A program made the translations under genes and the position numbers. A DNA stretch of 59,530 bases, counting the filler, from Diploschistes diacapsis (taxonomy: Eukaryota), in NCBI GenBank assembly GCA_023645945.1. It is 6 parts of 6 records of this genome, joined end to end, with 100 filler letters (N's around TTAATTAATTAA, not from the genome) between each part and the next. Parts side by side here need not be neighbours in the genome. Positions count along the whole stretch, not along the records: positions 12,372 to 18,450 come from JALAIB010001439.1; positions 18,551 to 47,192 come from JALAIB010000144.1; 4 more parts are not named here. One strand, given 5' to 3'. This document shows, in pieces, positions 13,419 to 25,974 of the stretch (position 1 is its first letter; each line of letters starts with the position of its first letter). Below the pieces are notes generated by a model. That model was not told where the DNA came from. It did no database searches and worked only from the letters and a program-made list of their open reading frames with translations.

Positions 13419-13752
13419 GATGTCTATCAGGAATAAATCTGTCGGTAATAAATTTCTGTTAATGACAGCGCTGTCGCGATAACTTTACTATCGGCGACTG
13501 ATTATTATCTTGGGTTATATAAGAACATCGTTATGACCTTTATAAAGACGGGCGTGTTTAGACCTTATATTATTTTAACAGATAAATTAATATAATATTA
13601 ATATTTTTTATTATTTAACATACTTCTAAAGATTAATACAGATTCGTATTTGATTTTCTTTTTCTTCCTGCTTACATTCCTTTCTTATACGAGACTAAAC
13701 CTACCTTGATCGATACCTCGTGTCTACGTTGTAGAGATAGAGATCATAACAA

Positions 13753-14227
13753 GCGGATTCAGATTTCGGCCTATAATCCTCCTGTAAATAGTTTGGTTAA
13801 GCATGGTCATCGCGTGGTCATAGATGCATTAAACAAGTTAACTAATGGCGGGAAAGGAGACTGGATGTTAGCTTTATTTTCAGTGTTCTAGATAGAACGA
13901 GTTTCGGTTAATATTATTACGGGAAAAATCTTATTCTTATTATTATATAGAATAGAATGTGTCTTATTAATCGAAACGGAAGTTATTACGTGAACGATAT
14001 TATTATAAAATGATATTCACAACCGTGCCGATCTTTTAACGGCAAAAATAAGATAATTTGAAAACCGTGATGAAGATATAAGGGAAATTTTTGTTAAAAT
14101 GGAACGTCGAAAGGGTTAAATAATCGATTCACGTTACAAAAATATTTATACGAAGGCCCATCTTTTTCATATTAGAGATCTTATATTACTCTATAATAGC
14201 AAATATTAGAAAAATTATTCCGTATCT
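13753..14227 (+). mobile_element. RIP-degraded Ty3/gypsy integrase fragment bounded by inverted repeats
   Basis: KRIQISAYNPPVNSLVKHGHRVVIDALNKLTNGGKGDW...TGK..F.LLY..E.VL.IE resembles gypsy integrase SAYHPQANG.VERGH..I.DAL. Multiple stop codons. Confidence 0.75.
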
Positions 14228-14253
14228 TTGTTATGATCTCTATCTATACAAGG

Positions 14254-15689
14254 TAGGCTGGCCGTTTCGTGCCACGGTCACTGACACGGACACTGCAGCA
14301 AAAAATTTCAAAACACGGACACTAACACGGACACCGCAGAAAAAATTTTCTCGGCACGGACACTAACACGGACATTATATTATAATAAAAGCACGGACAC
14401 GGATACCGTAATAAAAAATTTCTCGGCACGGACATTAACACGAATATTATATTATAATAAAAACACGAACACGGATACCGTAGTAAAAATTTTCTCGACA
14501 CGGACACTAACACGGATATTATATTATAATAAAAGCACGGACACGGATACCGCAGTAAAAATTTTCTTAGCACGGATACTAATACGAATATTATATTATA
14601 ATAAAAGCACGGACACGGATACCGTAATAAAAATTTTCTCGGCACGGACATTGACACGGATATTATACTATAATGAAAGCACGGACACGGACACTGTAAT
14701 TAAAAATTTTAAAACATTGACATTAACACGGACATTGTATTTCCGTGAATCCACGGACACGGACACCGCAGCTAAAAAATCTAAAACACGGACACTGACA
14801 CTGTCAGTGTCCGTGTCAGTGTCAGTGACGGCCAGCCTAACGATAATATTCGTGAAAGTATCCGTATTTTAAAAATTTTAATCATAATATCCGTGTTCGT
14901 ATTTTTATTATAATATAATATCCGTGAAAGTGTCCGTGTTTTAAAATTTTAGCGGTAATGTCCGTAATAGTATCGTGTTTTAAAAATTTTCTCGGTAGTG
15001 TCCGTGGAAATGTCCGTAGCACGAAACGGCCAGCCTAATATAATCTACTTTTTACCCGATAATCACAATTCTGTACCCCTATAATAACGAAGGCCATCCT
15101 CCTTGCTTTCATGATAACAAGTCCTAAAAATATGACAGAAGGTGGGAGATTATTAAAAACGGATGCGAGGTTATTCTGATCATAGGACCCTAAGGTCCCT
15201 TACTCGGTGTCTATGATTATAAAATTAAAAGACCCGGCGTTTTTATTATTCATTAATAAACTTCTTTTTTCTGGTAGAATAAGCTGCCTGTCTATAACTG
15301 ATCCTTGCTTTTCTTCTACTTCTGTTAATAGGGCGAGGTCAATAGGAATAATCGAGTTTGGTACAATAGTTAATCTAGGCTGGCCGTTTCGTGCCACGGT
15401 CACTGACACGGACACTGCAGCAAAAAATTTTAAAACACGGACACTAACACGGACACGACAGTTAAAGTTTTAAAATATTAATATTAACACGAACATTACA
15501 TTTCCGTAAATCCACGGACACGGACATTATAATTAAAATTTTTAAAATATTAATATTAATACGGACATTGCATTTCCGTAAATCCACGGACACGGACATT
15601 GTAGCTAAAAAATCTAAAACACTGATATTGACACTGTTAGTGTCCGTGTTACTGACACGGCCGTGTCAGTGTTAGTGACGGCTAGTTTA
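14254..15689. mobile_element. Cluster of non-autonomous hAT-like elements (TAGGCTGGCCGT termini, dense ACGGACAC subterminal repeats, internal 72-bp tandem array)
   Basis: Termini at 14254 and 15376 (forward) and 14839, 15037 and about 15689 (reverse). 72-bp period across about 14349-14700. The hAT assignment is inferred and no clean 8-bp TSD was seen. Confidence 0.65.
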
Positions 15690-16634
15690 GTTTATAAACG
15701 TTTATTATTTATTAATTTACGTTTTATATATTAAAGACTTATATCGGCCCCGTAAGTTAATTAACCGAAATTATAACGGTAAATTTCCTGTTTAATGACG
15801 GGTTTATATCCGTTCTTTTTACGTGGAATTATCGAAGAAATATTTGAATTCTTATAAAAATCTTTCGATAACGTGAATAACGGCTTTAAAAGTTTAAAGC
15901 TAAGAAAAGAAAAAATAATTATAATAAATACCTATAATGATCCGCTGGAAACGGAGGATCTTAATTTTAATAACGCGCCAAGGCCGCAGGCCCGCATAAA
16001 AGATATTTTCCAGAGAAGTCTCCTATTTTCTTCTCCAGAAATTAGTTCATGAATACCATTACCATAACTATCACACTACTGCATATCTTATCTTACACTA
16101 GAGTTCAGTCGAGCTCACAGCCATGCCTCCCGCCTACCTGCTCAACAAATACGATATAAAAAGGATTATAAAAGGGTTAAAAGCACGTTTTTAAATTATT
16201 TTTGAAATATTTTAATATTTATATTTTATTATATAGTTTTTATGGTTATAATAATAATTTAAATTTGTTTATTTTTTATTTAATTTTATATAGTTCTGCG
16301 TATTTTTATAAGTGACATATATTTATATATAAATTATATAGATATCTAAGTACCTGGCAGAACCACAGCGAACTAGACAGAATGCATCATTAATTAGACA
16401 CAATACATCACTAGGGCGCCACCAAATATCTTAAACAGTCTTACAGTAGGCAGAATAAGACAAGCCACTTTCAGGTTTATATAAAATTAGTAATTAATTA
16501 TTAACCCATATCATTCCTTTGCTCACCATCTGATGGAGAATCTTTTGACTTGTAATTATTATCATGATCAATCTCTATCTTTTCTATAGAATTGAATCAA
16601 GCTAGTCACCAAACAACAATGTTGATTCATAGCA

Positions 16635-17920
16635 TCACTTCTTGCTTTCCTCCCACTGTACACCAATCCACTCTTCTAGATGACTGACCTTGTTGTAACC
16701 TGTATCCTGTTGATGGCAATCCACCGAGCACACCCCCAGAATGATGGTCCCCCATTCCATTCCATCTTGAATGCATTCCTGCCCCTCTAGCTTGCAAATA
16801 GCCTGTGGTGTTAACTGCATTTCAAACACTCTAAACTTGCCGCAATTTCGACACAACGGCATACCAGCCGCCAGTGGTCCGGAATTTCCTGGCATTAATC
16901 GCGTTGGTGTGAAGATATTGCCTACTTCATCTCGAGATGAGTATAGCAATGGCGCCCCGCCATATTCATACCGAAGGACTTGCAGTGGGTTCTGCGCTAC
17001 TCTGTCTGCAAAGCGTTGGAAGGTCTTATCAATTGGAGATTCGTAGTTGTCATAAGACTCTGTTGCTAATGGGTACAAATCATCAGACTGGTTAGCTAGA
17101 TGCAGAGCCTCCCTTGACGGGATGGTCATCAGAGAATCTGCGCTGAGAGTTTCGTATTCGGCATCGAGGTAATAGGAACGGAAGTTCTCACTGCACGCTG
17201 CAGTGGGGGGCGGGGTCTGGTGAGCGTTACTATGGACCCAGAATTGTAGCGCGGTGGAGGTTGAGGTAGAGGCAGTTGTTTGCGTGTATTCAGTAACATT
17301 TAGCTGCGCGCTGTGCCGTCTTTCCTTGGTGTACTGAGACCTCGATTCATGTGTTTTAACGTTGGTTGTAGTTATGGCCTTAGCCTCATCATGGTCTTTG
17401 CTAAGTGAGAACGGGTTGTCTTTGGGAATACTAGAGTTCAAATCGTTCCGTTTGAAAATCTTGTTACCTAAGCCTAGCGAAGGCGAAAATAACGGGATAG
17501 CCTTGGAGTCTTGAGGTACGATGGACTGCGCCCCAGTTTGCCTAGTCTTGATCGAGCGTATAGCCCTAACACAGCCTAGTTTCCCAGAGCATGCCTTCTT
17601 TCGGCATATGAGAATATGAAGACGTCTGTCATGTCCAGGGAAGTACTCTGGAAGCTCACCATCAAGCTGTATGAGTTGAGCCATAATACCCCGACAGACC
17701 TTACATCGTAGGAGATCTGATGAGGGGCAAGCTTCTTCTAGCCAGGTCTACAAGTATAATGTAAACACTATATTGCTTCAACACATCATCTGGTACTTAC
17801 AGGAGCACCTCCTAGACGGCTTGTTTGGTCACCCGAAGGCTCATTTGATGCAAATCCGAGAAGGACGTTGGTCATATCGTAATGTTTCCCATCTTCTGAT
17901 GAATCACTGAGGTCTTCCAT
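16635..17920 (-). CDS. TSR4: PDCD2/TSR4-like protein (uS5 chaperone family); exons 17920-17801 and 17747-16635
   Basis: VLLGFA...SRLGGAP|TWL, CKVC..MAQLIQLDGELP, FQRFADRVAQNPLQVLRYEYGGAPL, C..CG..RVFEMQLTP and MEWGTI (PDCD2_C). Confidence 0.85.
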
Positions 17921-18297
17921 TTCAAACTGTATGCCACAGGGGAATAGATTGCTATGACTATTCCTACGAGTAGACACCAAAAGCGGAAAGCATATAACGA
18001 TGCCCAGTACCTCATTCGACTGATTTCTGAACACGGTAGCTATGCTCCCCAATGACACAATTTTAAAAATGTATGTATTTAGTCTATCACCTTCATATCC
18101 GCATGCCCTTTACCCCTTTTACCCAAATCCTTATCACAAACCTCGCTCATAATACATTTCAAAACTTCACCACTGTATTATGCACTAAAAGTCAAGATAA
18201 ATATTCGGCTATTTCCAGAATTCGACTATTTTATGTTTTAACATTTATTGTATGCTTTATTTTACTTGATCATGTCCGTTTCGTATAGTAATAAATT

Positions 18298-18450
18298 TGT
18301 CAGAATAGTAAGCTAAATAGATTAGTCTGACTGATTAATGTGTTTCCCGTACATTTAGAAGATTTCAGAAGGTTGTATAAAGTTTTTAAAAGATTCTAGG
18401 ATATTTAAATGATTGATCCATAGAATAATCTGTCAGAATATTAACCTAAA
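18298..18450 (+). mobile_element. Two RIP-altered Copia LTR 5' ends; the second starts at 18431 and runs into the gap
   Basis: tgtcagaatagtaagctaaatag and tgtcagaatattaacctaaa versus LTR start tgtcggaatactaacctaaatag at 6431. Confidence 0.7.
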
Positions 18451-18550
18451 NNNNNNNNNNNNNNNNNNNNNNNNNNNNNNNNNNNNNNNNNNNNTTAATT
18501 AATTAANNNNNNNNNNNNNNNNNNNNNNNNNNNNNNNNNNNNNNNNNNNN

Positions 18551-18645
18551 TACACAGTTTTTTAAGCCTAGGTTTTTTACTTAATACTTACTGCTTCGCT
18601 TAGGAACCTGGAGGGCGACATCATGTGTCGCCAGACACATGATAT
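18551..18645 (-). repeat. Hairpin-ended dispersed repeat copy
   Basis: Near-identical to 19061-19157; ends in atcatgtgtc-gcca-gacacatgat. Confidence 0.85.
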
Positions 18646-19059
18646 TATTAAGATTTAGATTTTATTTAATAATTTAAAGTATTGTTATGATTCTATTTTT
18701 AATTTAAGATGATTCCATAATCGTATACGTAGAAAATCAATATAAAAGTTAAAAGTTCGTAAAATCGGATAGGGGGTATCCGTTCGCTATAAGTGTCCGC
18801 TCGCTATATATATACGTTACCTATTTAATTATCCCACTTCCACTTTTAATAACTTTCAAATATTAAATAAACTTTATAACTAATAATAGGATGTCGACGA
18901 AACTATAAAAGTATTTATTTTTAATATATCTTAAAATAAATAATTATTAAAGTTATTCAGATTTTTAAATATTCAGCTAAATTCCATAAACAAGGGTATG
19001 AGGATGCAATCCCCACAAATAAAAAATAGCAGGGGTTTAAGGATGCAACCCCCAATAAA

Positions 19060-19157
19060 CCTACCCAGTTTTTTAAGCTTAGATTTTTTACTTAATACTT
19101 ACTGCTTCGCTTAGGGACTTAGAGGGCGACATCATGTGTCGCCAGACACATGATATT
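19060..19157 (-). repeat. Hairpin-ended dispersed repeat copy
   Basis: Uninterrupted copy ctacccag...gacacatgatatt. Confidence 0.85.
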
Positions 19158-19532
19158 ATTTCAATCGATACCTCGGGTCTACTCAATAGAGATAGAAATC
19201 AGAACAAATGCGGCCTGTAACTGCCCACAATCCATGACTTAAAAATAACATTTCAATGTGTTTCCGTAATGATACGGTTTACAGGCCTAAGTAGCCTTAA
19301 CGACCTGGGTCTTTATTGCCCTAGAGCTTGCTTGTAATGTCTGGTTAATTGATTTGAATAAAACCAACACCAATCAAGAACACCTTTCCTGTCAAGCATC
19401 GTCTGATTATTGACCCTGTTATCATTTCCATTATTAATAGGGTCAATGTTACTCCTATTAGGTCTGCTAATGCTCCAATGAGCCATAATTTTGATTACAA
19501 TAACAAGCCTGCTCTATCAAAGCATTTTTTAT

Positions 19533-22500
19533 ATGGAGCAAGATTACATGGCCACCTCACCGAGTGAGTCTTCGACTGGATCGCAATCGGCGAAACAGAC
19601 GGAGCAATCTACGGAAGTCGCATCAATATCAGCGTCCGAGGCAATCGGAGAAACTGGGATTTGTGACCCTCATGCTGTCCATCACAGTGAGGGGCCCCAA
19701 GATAACGAGGAACCTAGCCGAGACGCACCTTGCAAAATGCACAAGTTCTGTCTTTACGAGACCACTAGCAGATATTATCTTGTGGGTTCAGACGCAATAG
19801 ACTGCAAATATCGGATTCTGAAGATTGATCGCACGTCGGGTTCTGGTGAGTTGAGCATCGCCGACGACGACATTGTCTATTCCAAAACCGAATTGCACGC
19901 CATGCTGGGCGCTATCGATGATGGCAATCGTAGTTCAGGAGGCTTGAAGATTCGGATGAGCACCTGGGGTTTGCTCGGATTCATTCGCTTTACTGGCGAG
20001 TACTACATGCTCCTTGTCACGAAGAGAAGTTCCGTTGCAATGATCGGTGGCCACTACATCTATCAGATTGATGGTACTGAGCTCGTTTCCTTGTCTACAC
20101 CAGCAAGTAAGGTCAAGGCGGATCGCCATCCTGAAGAGGCACGCTTTGTTGGCATTTTGAATAATCTTGACCTGACGCGTTCATTCTATTTCAGTCATTC
20201 TTATGATATTACGAATACCCTTCAATGCAATATACAGTGGGAAAGGCACTGCCTGAGTCAACCCAGCATGCAGCATCGCAAAAAATTGAATGAGATGTTC
20301 ATCTGGAACCATTATTTACTCCAATCCGCGTGCGAGACTCTTAGACATCCATATGACTGGTGTACTCCAGTCATTCATGGTTTTGTGGATCAGGCCAGTG
20401 AGTTTTTTTGGCAAGATTTATCTTCAAGTTGGTACTGAATGAACAATGCAGCACTTTCTGTATATGGTCGGACTGTCTATGTTACTATAATAGCTAGACG
20501 CTCTCGTTTCTTTGCAGGAGCAAGATTTCTGAAGCGAGGAGCCAATGATCTCGTAAAGATAACCTACATAATCATGTGGACTGCGCGCTCACCAGAGGTC
20601 TAGGGCTACGTTGCCAATGATGTTGAAACAGAGCAGATAGTTTCGGAAATGCTTACGACGTCCTTTCATGCCCCAGGGCCCAAGCTCTTTGCTAATGCAA
20701 ACTGGACCTCATATGTGCAGCATCGAGGAAGTATACCCCTTTATTGGACGCAAGATAACACTGGAGTTACACCAAAGCCTGGCATTGAGTGTCAGTTTTG
20801 TCTACGTCCAACCAACGGTATACAGGCACCTGTCTAATGGGTAATAGTAAACCTTGTGGACCCGTTCTACAGCGCCGCTGCTCAGCATTTCGACAACCTT
20901 TTTGAGAGATATGGCTCACCAATCTTTGTTCTCAATTTAGTCAAGGTGCAACTATCCCCCGTGGTCTCCTACACTCAATGCTTAAACATAGGCAGTCACG
21001 AGAGAGGACTCCACGCGAGTCAAAGCTCCTTGTTGAATTCACAAATGCGATTAAGTACCTAAATCAATTCTTGCCAAAGAGAAGCAAGATCCTGTACAAA
21101 GCTTGGGACATGAGTCGAGCTTCAAAGAGGTGTGCTGTGAAAACCTAATAATCATCTATGAGTGAGCCTAACCCCTTTGCAGTCGAGACCAGGACGTTAT
21201 TGGCATGCTTGAAAATATTGCTAAGGATGTTCTGAACGTGACTGGCATCTTCCATAATGGTGATGGACGGCAAGTGAGGAGCTCAATGCAGAATGGGATA
21301 GCTCGTACGAACTGCATTGACTGCCTTGACCGAACCAATGCAGCGCAGTTGGTGATAGGGAAACTTGCTTTAGGACATCAGCTCCATGCGCTTGGTGTTA
21401 TCAGCGAAACAGCATTGGACTATGATACTGACGCCGTAAACCTCTTTACACACATGTGAGAGCTGGCATTCCAGTGTTTGCTATCCGGCTTTTAATTGTT
21501 AATATCTAGGTTTCATGACCACGGTGATACTATAGCCATACAGTACGGAGGCTCCCACCTTGTAAATACCATGGAGACATATAGAAAGATCAACCAGTGG
21601 ACAAGCCATTCCAGGGACATGGTTGAAAGTTTCAAAAGATATTACAACAACTCCTTTCTCGATGGACAACGACAAGAAGCTTATAATCTGTTTCTAGGCA
21701 ACTACATTTTTGCACAAGGACAGCCAATGCTTTGGAATCTTTCCACTGACTATTACCTACACCATGCCCACCCAAGGATGTGGTCTGGCAAAACCCATAG
21801 GAGCTATGTTAACTGGTATACGCCCTCGCATCTTATGAGACGGCGTATGCCACCGGCGGTCCGCCCCACACAAGTTCGTAAGACTGACGTTGCGCGGTAT
21901 TGCGAAGATTATTGGTTAGAGTATTATAGGCCGCTTGCGCTTTCTTCCTTCCTTAAGATCTTCTCATATCGCATGAACTCGACGCTGCGATACCTCCCTT
22001 TCAAATCAACGCAAGCAGGTCAATTTGACCTTAGTCCTTTCCGACCCAGGACTGGCCAGGGAAACGGCAGCCCTGACAAGGGCCGCATCAAAAAAGGTGT
22101 TACCATTGTCGAACCGTCCATAGAAAAGGCAAAAGGGGAACTGGAACAACCGGTCAAACTAATCACTCCTGGATGCGTACAATTGGACAGGTCTTCCGCA
22201 CAAGAGCGACACCATATTCAGAATGAAGGCCTTCTTGAGAGCGGCTTGCAGCTTGGGTACGGTCTGAAGACCCCTCAAGAACTACCAAAGACTGCCCTAA
22301 GCTTAAAAGACAAGGCTGCAGTTACTCACTGGACGCTAAATCACTTCATCAGCAACTCTTTGAACCCATCGGTTGCCTATAGCGAGATGGCTGAATATGG
22401 TCGGTACATGAGCCATCCACTCGATTTTCCGCTGGTTGTTGCCAACGAAATCAACCCAACTCAGCACGTTGAGTTTCTGAACTATATTGAAGGTCCGTCA

Positions 22501-22683
22501 AGGTTCTCAAACATCACCACGCATGCGTCAGAGGAAGACCTTGCCGAATTCGCCGAATTCGTTGATATCGAGGTAGAACCACTCACCGTCTTTGAAGCTG
22601 ATCTCCCAATGAAGCGATACAAAGCGTATGGTCAGTGGTTGAGGGGCAAGTCGTTATTCAAGCAATCTGTAATCGAGAATTAA
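19533..22683 (+). CDS. FIG4: Polyphosphoinositide phosphatase Fig4 (SAC domain), about 6 introns
   Basis: [68 protein letters not shown], catalytic [15 protein letters not shown] and [18 protein letters not shown]. Confidence 0.93.
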
Positions 22684-22694
22684 GACCCAGCACG

Positions 22695-24554
22695 TTAAGA
22701 ACCGCGTTGCTTCGCGCCAGTTGAACGCAATGATAAGTTCAAGTCAACTTCTTCTGGATCTTCCAGCAAACCTTGCAACCTCTTGTCTGAACGTACAAAA
22801 CTTTTAAGACGTTGGCTGGTTTCTGCACTATCATCCAACGCAGCTAAGAGAACTTGAAACGTCTCCGATAACATTGACCTGGTTTCAACCAGGTGCGCTG
22901 GGTGAGATTCTTTTGTGGTCAACCTGTACCAGCAAATTGCAATTCCCTGCAGAATCTCTGCACTGTAAGGTTCAATCCTTGGCCAGTTTACCAGGATGAC
23001 TTTTTGCATCGCACGAATAGTCGTTCGCAGCAGCTGTGGAGCGTCTGGTAAAAATGGACTGCAAAAATAGCTGTTCAATAGAGGGATGATGTACTGCTCG
23101 TGTAAGCTCCCGCTGGGCTCAATTCTCCTAATCAATTCATACCTTAAGATGCTTGGCCGACCAAACCCCAAGCTCATTCACAATAATACACAATTGCTGC
23201 AGCAAGAGTGTCGCCAACCGAGAATAGTCCCCTGTGTGGGTAAGACCGCTCAAAATCCCAGTACGTAAGATTTTGTCCAAAATCTGGTTCTTAGCTGGTC
23301 GTCTCTTGATATCAAAGAATTGCTTCCTGACCAAAGCCAGAAGTGTCGTATATGCAGAACTCTGCAATTGCAATGACTCATCTTCCAGAGTCAGAGTTGG
23401 CAAATATGACAAATAAGGAAGCAACGCCTCCACGAAAACGGCTCCAAGGCCGGTGCTTGTTAACAACGAAGACGGGGTACGCTCAAGTACCGTTTGCAAC
23501 AGATCGCAGCCTCTGATCTTACTTATTGTTCCTTCATCATCAATCAAAGTCAATATTGGAGGTGTAACAAGATGCCACCATTTTTCGCTCGTTTTATACT
23601 GCGTGGGGGTCAGATATGTTTGTGGACGCGGAGTTGGGCAACCAGCCTACGTCCAACTGGAATATAGCCCAGCGAAACACAGTGCTAATGTAAAACTGGC
23701 TATGCTTCCAAGGCTTAAACTTAGACCTATCTTCACTTGCCTGTAGTGGGCTAGGTAAAGGATCTGTAGCTTTTCGGCCAGCCTGGGTGATTGTTCGAGA
23801 TTTACTGCCGGCAAAAACTGGCTGGACGATAAGCCTTAGGAGCTCAGATACTAATGGTTCTGGTTTCTGCGGTAATTTTTCCCGGAATTCCTGTAGATAT
23901 GATTTAAGAAGCCGTCTGGCAGTATCCTCCGAGGACGGCCGCATCCAAAGCTCACGAGGGTCTGTGTAGCATGCGAGACAGGTAACCACCTCAAGAGTAC
24001 GATGCCCATAGATCCCAGGAAAGTGATAGGCCAAGCAAGAAAGAGCCCGTAAGCCAACCAACCCGATCAGTTGATAGCGCAGCACGTCAATTTCAGAATT
24101 TTGGAGATCTGTCAACTTGTCAGTAGGTGACCGTTCCGTATTGGTGGAAAGAGACTGACTTTGCAATCGTGGGTGAAGCTCTGCGAAGGAGGGCGGTGGA
24201 ATAATTTTATCTACTATGTAGTCTTGGATGGCTTCTGCGCGAGGCGTAGCGTCTGCATCGTCGTGGAAACCTTGTGGATTACGCAATGCGCCATCGAGGA
24301 GTATTACACTTGCGTGCACATTAACACTCTTCTATCGTTAGACCTACCTAGGGACCATTTAAAGCTTCAGAGTATACCAATTTATTTGCGTCGACTGTCT
24401 CCGCCTGGACAAGATCTAGTAAAATCGTGAGACTTGTGGGTTCGCGTATGTTTGCAACGACTTCCTGGGAGAGTCCTATAACCGGAAGGCGATCGTCAAT
24501 TCGTACTGAGGCTGTTAACCTTCGTGCAGCAGAAAGGAGTTCTCGCAGGGCCAT
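22695..24554 (-). CDS. TTI2: Tti2-family protein (TEL2-TTI1-TTI2 co-chaperone), about 3 introns
   Basis: KPWK..FYISTVFRWAI, WHLVTPPILTLIDD, TGLGAVFVEALLPYLSYLPTLT, KHLK and NWPRI. GT-AG introns join the four ORF segments. Confidence 0.72.
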
Positions 24555-24604
24555 GCCAGTCACTATATATGGGGACCTCGAGCTCTGCCGTCAGTGAAGA
24601 ATTG

Positions 24605-24658
24605 TAATATCATGTGTCTGTCGGTACATGATATCATCCTCCAAGTTCCTATGCGAAG
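24605..24658 (+). repeat. Partial hairpin-ended repeat copy, truncated at a TA by the Tc1-like element
   Basis: aatatcatgtgtctgtcggtacatgatatcatcctccaagttcctatgcgaag matches the reverse complement of 19105-19157. Confidence 0.75.
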
Positions 24659-25022
24659 TACAGTGGGGTCCCAAAAGTAGTTAGGTATGAAAACAACAAA
24701 ACACGACCCACCAACTTCATCAAGCCATTGCGCGCTCAATAAAGCTTCAATGAATGCGCAAATTAGATCATTTTAAAGCTCTTAAATAGGAGATAATATA
24801 AATATTTAGTTTGCCATCCTTACGCGTCTATCCAGGCTTGTATACACTTCGGCATAAGTTGAATTAATACAGCAGGGAATTCCTACTTCTTATCTCTTAA
24901 AAACATCCTAAAAGTTTCTCGAATTACTATTTTTAAAATATTCTTCTTCTTTTCTGTACGTCCGCGTATCGTTTTAAGCATAAGATAAAGCTTAATAATT
25001 ATTTCTTTAAAAATAAATTATA

Positions 25023-25465
25023 CATTCACGTCCCAAAAGTAATGGTCCCTCCACCAAAACACACCAAAATTTTCGCATTTCAGGAAGCTCCCAACTCATC
25101 AATTAAAGGTTTTAGGAATTGAAAAGATTATAACAGACATTTAAAACTACGCTCAATATATATAAATTCTTTTAAAAAAATTCCGTGCGATGTAGAGTGA
25201 TTAATAACACGATAAACTTTTGAAGTGTACCGCTACCGCCAAAAATCGCGGCAGCGGTACGTTCTCGATCTTTACAACGTAATTACTTCCGTTATAGCTT
25301 TAATAATTTCAAAAAAAAACAGTAGAATAAATATTCATCTTATTATAAAAAGCTTAAATATTTTTTTAGATTTTTAAAAGGCTTATGGGTGGTATAATAG
25401 CTCTATGAAATAGACGCATTTTGGTGTAATTTGAGGGAGGGTCCATTACTTTTGGTATAGTACTG
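25023..25465. mobile_element. Tc1-like MITE nested in the transposase relic
   Basis: TA-flanked, with inverted ends sharing CCAAAAGTAATGG(T/A)CCCTCC...ACACCAAAAT. Confidence 0.75.
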
Positions 25466-25974
25466 TATGGTTTCATAAACACACCGAGCGGCGTACGAGG
25501 GGAGCACATCAGCCGGGATCACCCTGGGATCACCCCTTGCTCGCGCAGGATCAGCTGGGAACACCCGGAAATGAGCGAGCTCGCGCGACGGGCAGCCGTG
25601 TCTCGCGACGATAAAGCAGCGATCACCCTATTCCCAAAGGGGGGTGATGGTGTCGCAGTTCTCGCAGATCTTGGCTCAAGAAAAAGGTGATTCATGAATA
25701 ACATGCTCTAAGTCCCTATTTTCCGAACACTCCCGAAAGGTTAAGTTCTTTCATACCCATATTGAAACTAAATCCATACTCAGATATGATGTGGATCTCA
25801 TAAATGTCACCAACCGCGCACCACTATCCATCTCTATTTAAGGGGTATCATAAGCACGCCACCGTTTCCATCATCATATTTTGTGAACGCCCCTTGATGC
25901 TCTGTCCTTGCTCCCTTCACCTGGAGCTTCTTTGTTGCCGCTTGTCTCCCTTTATGCTCCTTTCCATCTTTGCT

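Noticed and set aside
14322..14700. CRISPR-like array or repetitive protein ORF (LRYPCPCFYYN)n
   Set aside because: Whole 72-bp units repeat with no unique spacers, the genome is eukaryotic, and the array is internal to a TIR element.
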